Source: Heptranchias perlo
Taxonomy: Eukaryota
Assembly (NCBI RefSeq): GCF_035084215.1
Contig: NC_090336.1
Location: 53,754,001-53,818,000, forward strand
Length of the DNA: 64,000 bases
Direction: 5' to 3'
Position 1 is the first letter of the stretch, and each line of letters starts with the position of its first letter. Positions 1 to 11,864 of this stretch are shown in pieces. Made by a program: the position numbers and the translations under genes. The notes under the pieces are model-generated. The model saw nothing but the letters and a program-made list of their open reading frames with translations, did not search any database and was not told the origin of the DNA.

Positions 1-395
1 ACTTTCCCTCCCATCTTTGTATCATCTGCAAATTTTGATATGTTGCACTCGGTCCCCTCCTCCAAATCGTTAATATAGATTGTAAAGAGTTGGGGACCCA
101 GCACCGACCCCTGTGGAACACCACTGGTTACTGGTTGCCAGTCCGAAAATGAACCATTTATCCCAACTCTCTGCTTCCTGTTCGATAACCAATCCTCCAC
201 CCATGCCAGAATATTACCCCCAATCCCGTGATTTTTTATCTTAAGTAATAATTTTTTATGTGGCACCTTGTCGAATGCCTTCTGGAAGTCTAAATACACT
301 ACGTCCACTGGTTCCCCTTTATCCACCCTATACGTTATATCCTCGAAGAACTCAAGCAAATTTGTCAGACATGACTTCCCCTTCATAAAGCCATG
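1..395 (-). mobile_element. CR1 LINE reverse-transcriptase fragment
   Basis: Minus strand reads [45 protein letters not shown], typical CR1 RT motifs. Confidence 0.9.
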
Positions 396-731
396 TAGAT
401 AGAGAGAAACTGTTCCTATTGGCGAAAGGGTCAAGAACCTAAGGACACAGATTTAAGGTGATTGGCAAAAGAACCAAAGACGATATGAGGAAAATCTTTT
501 TTACACAGCGAGTGATTGTGATCTGGAACGGACTGCCAGAGTGGATGGTGGAGGCTGATTCAATCATGGCTTTCAAAAGGGAACTGAATAAGTACTTGAA
601 ACGAAAAAATTTGCAGGGCTACAAGGATAGGGCGGGGGAGCGGGACTAACTAGATTGCTCTTGCATAGAGCTGCCATGGACTCGATGGGCCGAATGGCCT
701 ACTTCCGAGCTGGAACCATTATGATTCTATG
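396..731 (+). mobile_element. CR1 LINE 3' end
   Basis: FFTQRV..WN.LP C-terminal ORF2 motif, then GGGCCGAATGGCCT 3' hairpin and ATTCTATG tail. Confidence 0.85.
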
Positions 732-878
732 AATAGGCTTAACTATCCTCCGCGGCAGACAGAAAATAAGCAAGCAAAACAGCAATGTAAGTTGTCCTGG
801 AGACAGGACCCCTGAACATTAATCTTTACAGGGTAGTTTGTTGTTGACTGTGAACTCTGGTCTATCTCTCTCAATTAC

Positions 879-1052
879 AAGCTTTCGGAGGCTTCCTCCT
901 TCGTCAGGTAAGTGTGGAATCCCACACTCACCTGACGAAGGAGGAAGCCTCCGAAAGCTTGTGATTTCAAATAAACCTGTTGGACTATAACCTGGTGTTG
1001 TAAGAGTCCTTACATTTGTCCACCCCAGTCCATCACCGGCATCTCCACATTA
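879..1052 (+). mobile_element. Short fold-back Penelope-like element with hammerhead-like core
   Basis: Inverted arms AAGCTTTCGGAGGCTTCCTCCTTCGTCAGGT / ACCTGACGAAGGAGGAAGCCTCCGAAAGCTT; flanking direct repeat TCTCTCAATTAC at 867-878 and 1053-1064. Confidence 0.7.
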
Positions 1053-1228
1053 TCTCTCAATTACGGCTTCAGACTGACTATTAAATTAAAAGACAGGCTG
1101 AGAAATCTGTAGCAAATTTTACCAGGATAAAAGAAAATTTAAAATATGTGTCTCAAACTCAAGAAGAGCTGCCAATCAAACATACATACAAACAAAACCG
1201 AGGAAATGCTTGTATTTAAATTGGCCTT

Positions 1229-1966
1229 GTATAAATGGTAAAAAGTTAAAAACAGTGGATGTCCAAAGGGACCTAGGGGTCCAGGTTCATAGATCATTGA
1301 AGTGTCATGAACAGGTGCAGAAAATAATCAATAAGGCTAATGGAATGCTGGACTTTATATCTAGAGGACTAGAGTATAGGGGGGCAGAAGTTATGCTGCA
1401 GCGATACAAAACCCTGGTTAGACCGCACCTGGAGTACTGTGAGCAGTTCTGGGCACTGCACCTTCGGAAGGACATAATGGCCTTGGAGGGAGTGCAGCAT
1501 AGGTTTACTAGAATGATACCTGGACTTCAAGGGTTGTTACAAGGAGAGATTACACAAATTGGGGTTGTATTCTCTGGAGTTTCAAAGGTTAAGAGGTGAT
1601 CTGATTGAAGTTTATAAGATATTAAGGGGAACGGATAGAGTGGATAGAGAGAAACTATTTCCGCTGGTTGGGGATTCGAGGAGTCGGGGGCACAGTCTAA
1701 AAATTAGAGCCAGACCTTTCAGGAGCGAGATTAGAAAACATTTCTACACACAAAGGGTGGTAGAAGTTTGGAACTCTCTTCCGCAAACGGCACTTGATAC
1801 TAGCTGAATTGCTAAATTTAAATCTGAGATAGATAGCTTTTCGGCAATCAAAGGTATTAAGGAATATGGGCCAAAGGCAGATATATGGAGTTAGATCACA
1901 GATCAGCCATGATCTTATCAAATGGCGGAGCAGGCACGAGGGGCTGATGGCCTACTCCTGTTCCTA
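1229..1966 (+). mobile_element. CR1 LINE, 5'-truncated
   Basis: RDLGV..LVRPHLEYC..RLRGDLIEVYKI; nearly the same sequence as 44715-45455. Confidence 0.92.
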
Positions 1967-1995
1967 TAACATTTATACTCTGGGGTTACTATGTT

Positions 1996-2051
1996 TCAAA
2001 ACAAGGTGGGCCAATTTCTGTGAGTGAACCTAGTTTTTAACTCCATGTGGA
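1996..2051 (-). CDS. Candidate terminal coding exon of the PRDM-like gene
   Basis: Strong acceptor ttttttctttctgtcacag; in phase 1 it reads (V)HMELKTRFTHRNWPTLF-stop; no homology support. Confidence 0.3.
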
Positions 2052-2337
2052 CTGTGACAGAAAGAAAAAAGCCATGGACAGTAATGCTTCATTTTTGTCA
2101 CAATATGAGGAAATCACTATTTAAAATTTTTGCTTGTGAGGACCACAAAAACCAGATAACATGAACGTGGTTATCAGTTTCACGTTCAAAGTGTTTTCAC
2201 TCTCATGTTCAAAACTTAAATGCTGGAAAACTAAAGCATGAAAAATTCAATCGAACCTGACAACAATATTAATGTGCAAAGGAGATTCCACATAAATGCC
2301 AGTATATTTTCAGAAGCTACCTCCACAGGTTATAACA

Positions 2338-2455
2338 AAAGCAAAATACTGCAGATGCTGGAAAGGTCATTGACTTGAATAAACATTAACACTATTTCTT
2401 TCTCCACAGATGCTGCCGGCCTTGCTGAGTATTTCCAGCATTTTCTGTTTCTATT
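2338..2455. mobile_element. Penelope-type terminal remnant
   Basis: CAGATGCTGGAAA..TCTCCACAGATGCTGCC..GCTGAGTATTTCCAGCATTTTCTG; same family as 46945-47075. Confidence 0.5.
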
Positions 2456-2525
2456 CCCCAGGTTATAAATTGCACTGCATTATGCCTCTGCATCTACAAT
2501 GTATTTCCCACAGTCAGCACCTTAC

Positions 2526-3095
2526 CTGAAGGAATCCGCTTGTGCCTCTGAAGAGATGAAGAATCCACGAATGTTTGATGGCAGTTATCGCATTTATAGG
2601 GTTTCTCTCCAGTATGACGACGGAGGTGCACCTTCAGATGGGAACTGCGATAAAATGCTTTGCCACAAAAATTGCACGAATAAGGCCGTATACCCGTATG
2701 AGTGCGGCGGTGCTCGTTGAGGTTCGACTTCTCTGCAAATGCCCGTCCGCACTCCTCACATGCAAAGGGCTTCTCCCCCGTGTGTGTGCGGCGGTGCATC
2801 GTTAACTGTTCTTTACGAACAAATCTCTTTTCACAATAGTCACAGTTAAAACACTTCTCTTTATCGCGGACCGGTGAACTGGGATTCAGCATCATTTTAT
2901 TCTTATCACCGAGTCTACTTTCTACTTTATAGCTCCCAAAGTTTAACAGGTGCTTGAAGATGCCAGGTTTATCTTGGGATAGAGTACTGTTCCACTGTTT
3001 CAAACCATTAACCAAAACATCCCCAGGCAGAGTCTCTCCTTCATTATCTCGACAAGGCTTTGGAAGATCGTAACCACTATCTTCATTGATTAAAA
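2526..3095 (-). CDS. PRDM-like gene: zinc-finger exon copy B (linker + 4 C2H2 fingers), phase 1-1
   Basis: Acceptor tcttttttatccag-like polypyrimidine tract, donor G|gtaag, 570 bp open frame; CDYC..HRRTH-TGEKP-CEEC..H-TGIRP-CNFC..H-TGEKP-CDNC..HKRIP. Confidence 0.9.
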
Positions 3096-3266
3096 CTGGA
3101 TAAAAAGACAAAAGGAAAAAGATAAGATGATCAACAATCCCCACAGAAATACATGGATAGGAGTGGAGAATAAGCAGTTTACTAGTGGATGACAGGAAGA
3201 TTTCCAATGGTTTGTATCATCAGTGATCGCTGATTTGACATCAATTATGGTAGCCTGGTGCAGCTT

Positions 3267-4060
3267 TGTAAGAAAAGCACTGTACAAACTTCTGAATTAT
3301 TATAAACCTTAGCACTACACAAGCTTTCTTCATTATTATAAAACTTTTGTTCAAGTAAAATACATGATAGTTTAACTATGAACAGAGAAGGGCTGTCTAT
3401 CTTTATCAAAACAAGCTTTTTACAACCTTGTGAAAGAGAAGGTTCCTTTAGCAATTAAGCACCTGGCGCCATCCTTGTTTATCAGTTCGGAAGGGGAGTC
3501 ATCCCTAGCTATGTTATGCTTTGCTTGAATATGAGGGTTAGTGCCACCGTAGAGGCCACTAATCATTAGAGAGGTGGTAGCATCAATGGTGGAAAGCACA
3601 AGGGAGTCACCCAGAGGTTTATCATACTTGGGGTTGAAGATAAGGGCTCATCAATAGAGGGTTGTTCGTGTTACCTGAGGAATCCAGGAAGTAGAGGCTT
3701 ATAGCAGTCCCTTTTGAGACAGAGGAGATGATTGATGGGAAGCTTATACAGGCATACAGAGCTTATTGTCTCTGAAATATATATAAGTGAGGTGCTTTTT
3801 GGTATCTAACCAGAACATTCTCAGGGCGAGGCTGGCGCCCATTGACATGTTTGGGGGTCTGTGCTTACGTGAACAATAAGTCAGGTTGTATCAATCTAAC
3901 CAGCATACTTAATTGTACTCTTGTATTTTAAACATCTTTGTTACTTGTTATAATTTCTTAATAAAGATATTATACTTTGGAACCAACAGCTTCACGGCCT
4001 TTATTAAGGACAAGAACAGTTTAAGTAAAAGACACATTGGTATATATATTTTTATTCACA
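3267..4060 (+). mobile_element. Solo LTR related to the LTRs at 21808 and 36066
   Basis: Starts TGTAAGAAAAGCACT; shares GGGGAGTCATCCCTAGC, GTCAGGTTGTATCAAT, AATAAAG and TTGGAACCAAC blocks; 3' boundary approximate. Confidence 0.8.
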
Positions 4061-4556
4061 ACTTTTAAAGAGTTCGAAGTTTGCATTCTTCTTCTCAACT
4101 GCTTAAATATAAATGATATTCCCTCTCCTTTTAGGTTTCCAACTGCCTAAGTCATGTACCATTTCCCAATTGGGCCTCTACCATTCTGCAGGCCAATAGG
4201 AAGTACATATGAATGCGGCCCTCACCTCTCAGCAGACAGGCCAACTCTGACCAAGAGCTCACAGTGTAGAGAAATGGTACGGGGAGATTCTACCTCCTAC
4301 CATTCTGCAGTACAGCATGTCAATGCACAACCCTTTCTACTGCAGAAATTACTCTAACATACTGGACTGGAGCACAAATGTGTTGACACTCAGTTTCAAT
4401 CCTCTATTTCTTTAAATATTTCTTGCTCTCTTGTTCCTTTCAGTCTTGTATTTGTCTCTCTGTTGCTTCCAATTTTTGCTTTGTCCCCTCTAGTTCTCTG
4501 TAACTCAGTTTCTTTTTCCTCCAGCAATGCTTGCTAGTCAGGGAATGTGCTATGCA

Positions 4557-5380
4557 CATAGAATCACACAGCACAGAAAGAGGCCATTCGGCTCATCGTC
4601 CCTGTGCCAGCTCTTTGAAAGAGCTCTCCAATTAGTCCCATTCCTCTGCTCTATTAAATCTCCCCTTAACTTTCTCTGCTCTGAGGAGAACAACCCCAGC
4701 TTCTCTAGTCTCTCCACATAATTGAAGTCCTGCATTCCTGGTACCTTTCCAGTAAATCTCCTCTGCATCCTCTCAAGGCCTTGACATCCTTCCTTAAGAG
4801 TGGTACTCAGAATTGGACACAATGTTCCAGCTGCGGCCTAACCAGTGATTTATAAATGTTTAGCATAGCTTCCTTCCTCTAGTACATTCTGCCTCTGTTT
4901 ATAAAGCCAAGGATACTGTCTGCTTTTTAACAGCCTTCTCAACTTGTCCTGCCACCTTCAAAGATTTGTGTACATACACACCTAGGTCTCTCTGTTCCTG
5001 CACCAGCTTTAAAATTGTACCATTTAGTTTATATTGCCTCTCTTCATTCTTCCTACCAAAATGCATCACTTCACAGCCTTAAATTGCATTTGCCATGTCT
5101 ATGTCCTTCTGAAATCTATTATTATCCTCCTCACTGTTTACTACATTTCTGAGTTTTGTGTCATCTGCAAACTTCGAAATTATGCCCTGTATACCCAAGT
5201 CCAAATCATTAATATATATCGAAAAGAGCAGTAGTCCTAATACCGACCCCTGGGGAACACCACTGCACACTTCCCTCCAGTCTGAAAAACAACCGTTCAC
5301 CACTACTCTCTGCTTTCTGTCTCTTAGCCAATTTCATATCCATGCTGCCACTGCCCTTTAAAGTCATGGGCTTCAATTTA
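4557..5380 (-). mobile_element. CR1 LINE fragment with internal deletions
   Basis: [18 protein letters not shown] and RKLRGDLIE motifs on the minus strand. Confidence 0.88.
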
Positions 5381-5679
5381 ATGCTGTTTGCTGAATTCTT
5401 CCTTCACCTCCCCCCTCCATTCTCTCTCACTGTATCTTTAAAATAAATAAAATGTAAACAGCTTTTCCAATCCACGTCTCTTGCGTCCCACTGTCCATTT
5501 TAGAGATGGGAACCATAATGAGAAAATTGGCCACTGATTGTGGCTGAAAATAAACTGTCTCCAAAGGACAGTTCCTTAGCCAATCCTAAAGAATCACATC
5601 AGGCCAAGTTCTTACATAATTTAAAGCACCAATCCAGGAAGTAATACTGTAAGACAAGTTATATTGTCTGTGGTGATAG

Positions 5680-6425
5680 ATTGGGGAATGTTGATGTACA
5701 AAGGGACCTGGGTGTTTCTTGTCCACCAGTCACTGAAAGCAAATATGCAGGTGCAGCAAGCAGTTAGGAAGGCAAATGGTATGTTGGCCTTTATTGCAAG
5801 AGGATTTGAATACTGGAGCAAGGATGATGTCTTACAGCAGTTATACAGGGACTTGGTGAAACCACACCTGGAGTATTGTGGGCAGTTTTGGTCTCCTTAC
5901 CTAAGAAAGGATATACTTGCCATAGAGGAGTGCAGCGAAGGTTCACCAGACTGATTCCTGGGATGGCAGGACTGTCGTATGAGGAGAGATTGGGTCCACT
6001 CGACCTGTATTCACTCAAGTTTAGAAGAGTGAGAGGGGATCTCATTGAAACATATAAAATTCTGACAGGGCTAGACAGACTGGATGCAGGGAGAATGTTT
6101 CCCCTGGCTGGGGGGTCCAGAACGAGGGGTCATAGTCTCAGGATACGGGGTAGGACATTTAGGACTGAGAAGAGGAGAAATTTCTTTACTCAGAGGGTAG
6201 TGAACCTGTGGAATTATCTACCACAGAAGGCTGTGGAGGCCAAGTCACTGAATATATTTAAGATGGAGCTAGATAGATTTCTAGACACAAAAGGCATCAA
6301 GGGGTATGGGGAGAGAGCGGGAATATGGTATTGAGATAGAGGATCAGCCATGATCATATTGAATGGTGGAGCAGGCTCGAAGGGCCGAATGGCCTACTCC
6401 TGCTCCTATTTTCTATGTTTCTATG
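5680..6425 (+). mobile_element. CR1 LINE, 5'-truncated
   Basis: PHLEYC, RGDLIETYKI, FFTQRVVNLWN; tail (TTTCTATG)2. Confidence 0.92.
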
Positions 6426-6499
6426 GTGCAAGCATCCCAGTGGTATGCAGTGTGCTGTGGTTGAATTAAGTATTGGACTTCGAAAATGTTGACAATAAA

Positions 6500-6955
6500 A
6501 TAAAACTTGCATTTATATAGCGCCTTTCACGACCTCAGGACGTCCCAAGGCGCTTTACAGCCAATGAAGTACTTTTGAAGTGTAGTCACTATTGTACTGT
6601 AAGAAACGCGGCAACCAATTTGCGCACAGCAAAGTCCCCCAAACAGCACTGTGATAATGACCAGATAATCTGTTTTAATTATATTGGCTGAGGGATAAAT
6701 ATTGGCCAGAACACCGGGGAGCACTCCCCTGCTCTACTTTGAATAGCGTCATGGGATCTTTTACATTCACCTGAGGGAGCAGACTGGGCCTGGGTTTAAC
6801 GTCTCATCTGGAAGATGGCACCTCCAACAGTGCGGCACTCTCTCAGTACTCGCACTGGAGCGTCAACCTAGATTATGTGCTCAAATCTCTGGAGTGGGAC
6901 TTGAACCTACAACCTTCTGACTCAGAGGCGAGAGTGCTACCAACTGAGCCACATC
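6500..6955 (-). mobile_element. tRNA-derived SINE (Deu-core/SacSINE1-like) with L2-type tail
   Basis: Minus strand: GTGGCTCAGTTGG A-box, GGTTCAAGTCCC B-box, tail AGGCGCTATATAAATGCAAG. Confidence 0.75.
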
Positions 6956-7274
6956 TGAATTAGCACAATAATATTGTTATAATAGTATTAGTTTTAGTGA
7001 TTGATTCCTGAAATGTTTGTGATATTTATAGAGTTACAAAGAAATTTCAGAGGTTTATCTTCTTGGACATTTTACCAGTTATTATTCACCTGCCTTGGGG
7101 GATTGAATAATTGAGTCTACAACAGGGTAAACTGTACAAGAAAAAACAGGATAGATGTGCCAAATGGCCGTACCACATTCAATATTTTATGTTTCATATC
7201 TGTCTTATATTTCCTACCATATAGATGAAATACACAAGATACGACTTTTTATTTTCATCTCAACCTTGCCACTG

Positions 7275-7577
7275 TACTAGAGGACATAGATTTAAGCTGA
7301 TTGGCAGAAGGATTAGAGGGGACATGAGGAAAAAACTTTTTTACCCAGAGGGTGGTGGGAGTATGGAATTTGCTGCCCGAATTGGTGGTAGAGGCAGGGA
7401 CCCTCAACTCTTTTAAAAAGTACCTGGACCTGCACCTAAAGTGCTGTAAGTTGCAGGGCTACGGACCGGGTGCTGGAAGGTGGGATTAGAATGGTCACCT
7501 AGTTGTTCTTCGAGCCTGCGTGGACACAATGGGCCGAATGGCCCCCTTCTGTGCTGTATCTTTTCTATGGTTCTATG
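7275..7577 (+). mobile_element. CR1 LINE 3' end
   Basis: TRGHRFKL..; GGGCCGAATGGCC hairpin; TTCTATGG tail. Confidence 0.85.
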
Positions 7578-7639
7578 GTACAAAAGCAGTATGCAAAGGC
7601 CGGTGAAGTGCTAAGCAAATACCTGGTGGATCTCAATAA

Positions 7640-7935
7640 CTTGCATTTAAGGAGCTTCTCAGGAACATTATCAAACAAAATTTGACACCAAGCCACAGAA
7701 AGCGATTTTAGGGCAGGTGATCAAAAGCTTGGGCAAAGAGGTAGGTTTTAAGAAGCGACTTAAAAGAAAGCGTGGCGGAGAGGTTTAGGGAGGGAATTCC
7801 AGAGCTTGGGGTCTCGGCAGCTGAAGGGACGGCCGCCAATGGTGGAGCGATTAAAATCAGAGATGCGCAAGATGCCAGAATTGAAGGAGCGCAGAGATCT
7901 CTGAGGGTTGTTGGGCTGAAGGAGGATACAGAGAA
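7640..7935 (-). mobile_element. L2-type LINE 3' fragment
   Basis: RSLRS..TIGGRPFS..PKLWNSLP motif (ORF 7760-7945). Confidence 0.7.
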
Positions 7936-8429
7936 AAGCAGTCACTTTCGTTTTATCAGCCAGTTTCAGAGTGGCCTAGACAGATGCATAGAAGCCCACT
8001 GTCCACCCACTTTCTCCACCAAGGATGATATATGGGGTTCGAGAAAAACAGCAAGCATGACGAAGGGAAGGATGTAATTTAAAATGATTGTGCTGGTTCA
8101 ATGGGAGAATCCTTCAGGCAGGAAAGTGAAAACATGGCTTACACTGTGGCCAGTAGATGGCATCTGTGAGCTAATTTCTTTGAAATTATACTTTACAGTT
8201 ATAATAGAATGTAAAATATTTATATGGTATATCAAGAACACATGGCATAACACTTATGAGAGTAGGTCCTATAACTTACTCATGCATCCAGTGCTCAGGA
8301 GTTATTGAAAATGGTATGGAAAAGGGAGATTTGGAAAATTACTCTGCAAGATTAGGACAAGGGGAACAGAGGTTCAGACTAGTACAAGACAAATTTCAGA
8401 CTGGCATCAGGAAGTCTTTTTGACAGAGT

Positions 8430-9005
8430 GATTCCTATGCCAGGATCACCCTGGAGAGCAAAGATAAACCCCAGCTTCTTTTCTCTATTCCTAACCTCCT
8501 TAAACCTCTATTCCTCCTTAAACCCCTTAGCCCTGCCAAAACCAAACTCTATGCCAGAATCATCCTGGAGAGCAAAGATAACCACCAGCATTTTTTCTCC
8601 ACTTCCAACCATCTCCTTACAACCCTCTGCCCTGCCCTGCCCTGTCCACCCTTACCTCCAACAAAAAGTGCAAGGAGCACGTGAATTTTGTCACTAAGAT
8701 TGAGACCACCCTTTCAGCTGCCACTGTTGCTACCCCCCACCTCCCTTCTCCTTGCCCCAACATGCCAAACCTTCTCCCAGGCACTCCCCTGCCCAAGTCC
8801 TGATCCCGCATCTTTCTCTAGTTTCTACCCCATCATGCCCCCTCCAAGCGAGTCTTGTCCATGAGATCTATCTCCAGCTCCCTTAACCTATTCCCACTAA
8901 ACCGCTGCCCAGCCAACTTCCGTTCCTGGCCTCCATGCTAGCTGACATTGCAAACAGTTCCCTCTGCTCAAGTATGGTCCCCCTCCCTTTCAAATCTGCC
9001 ATCAT
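8430..9005 (+). mobile_element. Decayed L2-type LINE internal fragment
   Basis: C/T-rich strand with L2-like remnants (RII.ESKDNP, FVTKIET, LASMLADIAN); short local duplication at 8436/8549. Confidence 0.55.
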
Positions 9006-10135
9006 CTAAGCGATCAGATGTCCGCCCTGGAGTGATACTACTGGTCTCCGGGCCATTGGATTGCATGCACGCTGAGGGGGAAGGAGGAGGGGAAATCAGC
9101 CAGGTTTCTGCCTCTTATGGCTATCCAGAGATCCCTGCTGGAAAATACATATGTGGGTAAAGACAAAATTGGGCAAGGTTGTGATATCAACAGAGCTATG
9201 ATTGAGTACCCTGCCAATGCTCACACTTGAAGAAAGGGCACTTCGTGAGGGTCCTAAAGTCAATTACTAGCCACAGACCCCCTCATAAGCCAATGCCTTT
9301 AGGAGAAGAGGGAGAAAATTGGGGCAGGGGTAAGGAGAAGCCTGAAAAATGTCTCCATGTGTGAAGCTGGTCGAAGGCTGTTTGCAGCTTTTTTCATTTA
9401 TAAGTTATAGTCATCTCATGAAATTGCCTTGACCTGCACAAAACAGCCTCTGAGTTTTTACACTATGCCAAATATCCCATTACTTCTCTGTATGGTGTAT
9501 TATTTTAAATCAGGTTCATCACATTACAAACCAGTATTACGTGTTTACAACCCAATGTTTGTTTGTTTAGTTTTTGTTTGATATAGTAGGGTAAATAACA
9601 ACAGCTTTTTTCCCCAAGTTCCAACTCCAGTGATTTCCTTTTGAAAGGATAAAATTGGACCTCCCATTAATGGCCGAGTGAGTCAATGCGTTATAGTAAT
9701 GAGCCTGGAAATATCAGGTTTGATCCATGGTCTGCGCTGAGTAAGCATGGGGCAATACACAAGGCTTCATTGTCTCCTAAGCGAAGAAGGGATCACTGCC
9801 AATCACTATCCACGGATCTCTGCTAAAAACGTGCATGTTTGGATGTTAGAGGAGCACAGGATCGGGCTCAGCCATAATACCGAAATGGGCTGCTGACACT
9901 TGCTGCCTAGGTTCACATATGAAGACCGGTTAACTGGGTGAAGTATCAGGGAACTTCTGTGCCCATGGATCTGAACCACATCTTCAGGAGAGAAGGGGGA
10001 TAAAAATACAAGGATTATTTATTTGTAACTTAAGTCAATGAAATCATTCTTTGAATCCTTTAACATAAACATGTAGCAAAGCACTGGATTCACTGCTTAG
10101 CAGTCAAATTATTCAGTTTACCAAAAGATTGTTAC

Positions 10136-10264
10136 CTTTATTTTCTGATGGGTTTAACTGCTTGCTGCCAATGTTAGTTCCATCACAATTGCCTGACTCT
10201 CGTTTTTCCACTGGTTCCGTCCCCTCTGAATGTATTAACATTGTATACTTGGGTTTAGAGCACG
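10136..10264 (-). CDS. PRDM-like gene: spacer exon between the two zinc-finger exons, phase 1-1
   Basis: Acceptor gtatttttcttag, donor AAG|gtaac, 129 bp open in the required phase: (A)CSKPKYTMLIHSEGTEPVEKRESGNCDGTNIGSKQLNPSENK. Confidence 0.6.
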
Positions 10265-11002
10265 CTAAGAAAAATACACAAACTGGATTAAGGCTGTAAT
10301 ATGTTCACAGTTACACACCGTGCATCAAAAGTGGTCAGTTAAGAGGTAGATACACCGACTGCAGCTACATACTTAACACTCAGCAGCAAATATTACAGCT
10401 TGGCTATCCAGAGCTGCCACATTAGAGGATGCAAAACTACCATAAGGATATGCTGATAGGGTTAAATGAAGAGGGGTGGGAGGAGGCTCGTGTAGAGCAT
10501 AAACGCCGGCATAGACCAGTTGAGCCAAGTAACCTGTTTCTGTGCTGTAGACTACATGTAATTCTATGTAATTTGACTGACATGAGTGACAAGTCATATT
10601 GTAAAACACAGACATGGTTTAAAAAGAAGCCGTCTTATAATTGCAGAGAGGGCAAAGAGGTAGAACAACTGCATGCACTTCTGTTACAGTGATTCAAAAT
10701 TATAATATTCCATTGGGCATTTGGCAAATAAAGGTTTGCAATCACTTTTAGAAGGGTGGTTCTAAGTCTTCCACAGACATGAAGTGACAAGATAACGTGT
10801 AGGTAGCTCAGTTTCACATGGAAAGCCTTTTCATTAAACAATCAATTATAAAAATTGCAACATTAACTTCAGGTTTAATATTATCTAATAAGCATTTGTG
10901 TGCAAAAAGCTCCCACACAAATGTTGCAGAAGGTGCCTCTACATGTTTGCACTGTAATATGCTTCCATACTTGGAACACCGTTTCCACAGTCAGCACCTT
11001 AC

Positions 11003-11590
11003 CTGAAGGAATCCGCTTGTGCCTCTGAAGAGATGAAGAATCCACGAATGTTTGATGGCAGTTATCGCATTTATAGGGTTTCTCTCCAGTATGACGACAG
11101 AGGTGCACCTTCAGATGGGAACTGCGATAAAATGCTTTGCCACAAAAATTGCACGAATAAGGCCGTATACCCGTATGAGTGCGGCGGTGCTCGTTGAGGT
11201 TCGACTTCTCTGCAAATGCCCGTCCGCACTCCTCACATGCAAAGGGCTTCTCCCCTGTGTGTGTGCGGCGGTGCATCGTTAACTGTTCTTTACGAACAAA
11301 TCTCTTTTCACAATAGTCACAGTTAAAACACTTCTCTTTATCGCGGACCGGTGAACTGGGATTCAGCATCATTTTATTCTTATCACCGAGTCTACTTTGT
11401 ATTTTGTCGCTCTCAAAGTTTAACAGATGCTTAGGTTTATCTTGGGATAGAGTACTGTTCCACTGTTTCAAACCATTAACCAAAACATCCCCAGGCAGAG
11501 TCTCTCCTTCATTATCTCGACAGTCATTCTCAAGCCAAGGCTTTTGAGGGTCACAAATTTCACCTTTTGGAAGAACACCATTAACTGAAT
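11003..11590 (-). CDS. PRDM-like gene: zinc-finger exon copy A (linker + 4 C2H2 fingers), phase 1-1
   Basis: Acceptor tttttataacacag, donor G|gtaag, 588 bp open frame; fingers match copy B except LCR vs LRR. Confidence 0.9.
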
Positions 11591-11864
11591 CTGTGTTATA
11601 AAAATAAATAAGTTTATAAAGGTCCACTGATGGGATTCATAAAGAACTTGCCTAATCAGTGTATACCAAGATTTGGAACTCATGTGAATCTATGCAAAGG
11701 AGCTTCCACAGAAATGTTAGCGCAGTTTCAGCCATTTCTTTCTTCCAAGCAAACAAATGTTAATGTTGTAACATAGTAGCAATGTCATTTAACTTTTCAA
11801 CAGAAGGTCACTAGTCCTTACAAAAAAATCCAAGAATAAAATTCAATTTCAAGGAGTCAGGTAT

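Noticed and set aside
2499-2805. Plus-strand ORFs over the finger exons (also 11052-11282)
   Set aside because: Antisense shadows of C2H2 coding sequence.
8436-8590. ~40-bp direct repeat
   Set aside because: Local duplication inside a decayed L2 fragment.
9410-9450. Minus-strand acceptor ttttgtgcag as a further PRDM exon
   Set aside because: Reaches a stop after 7 codons in the needed phase; no supporting evidence.
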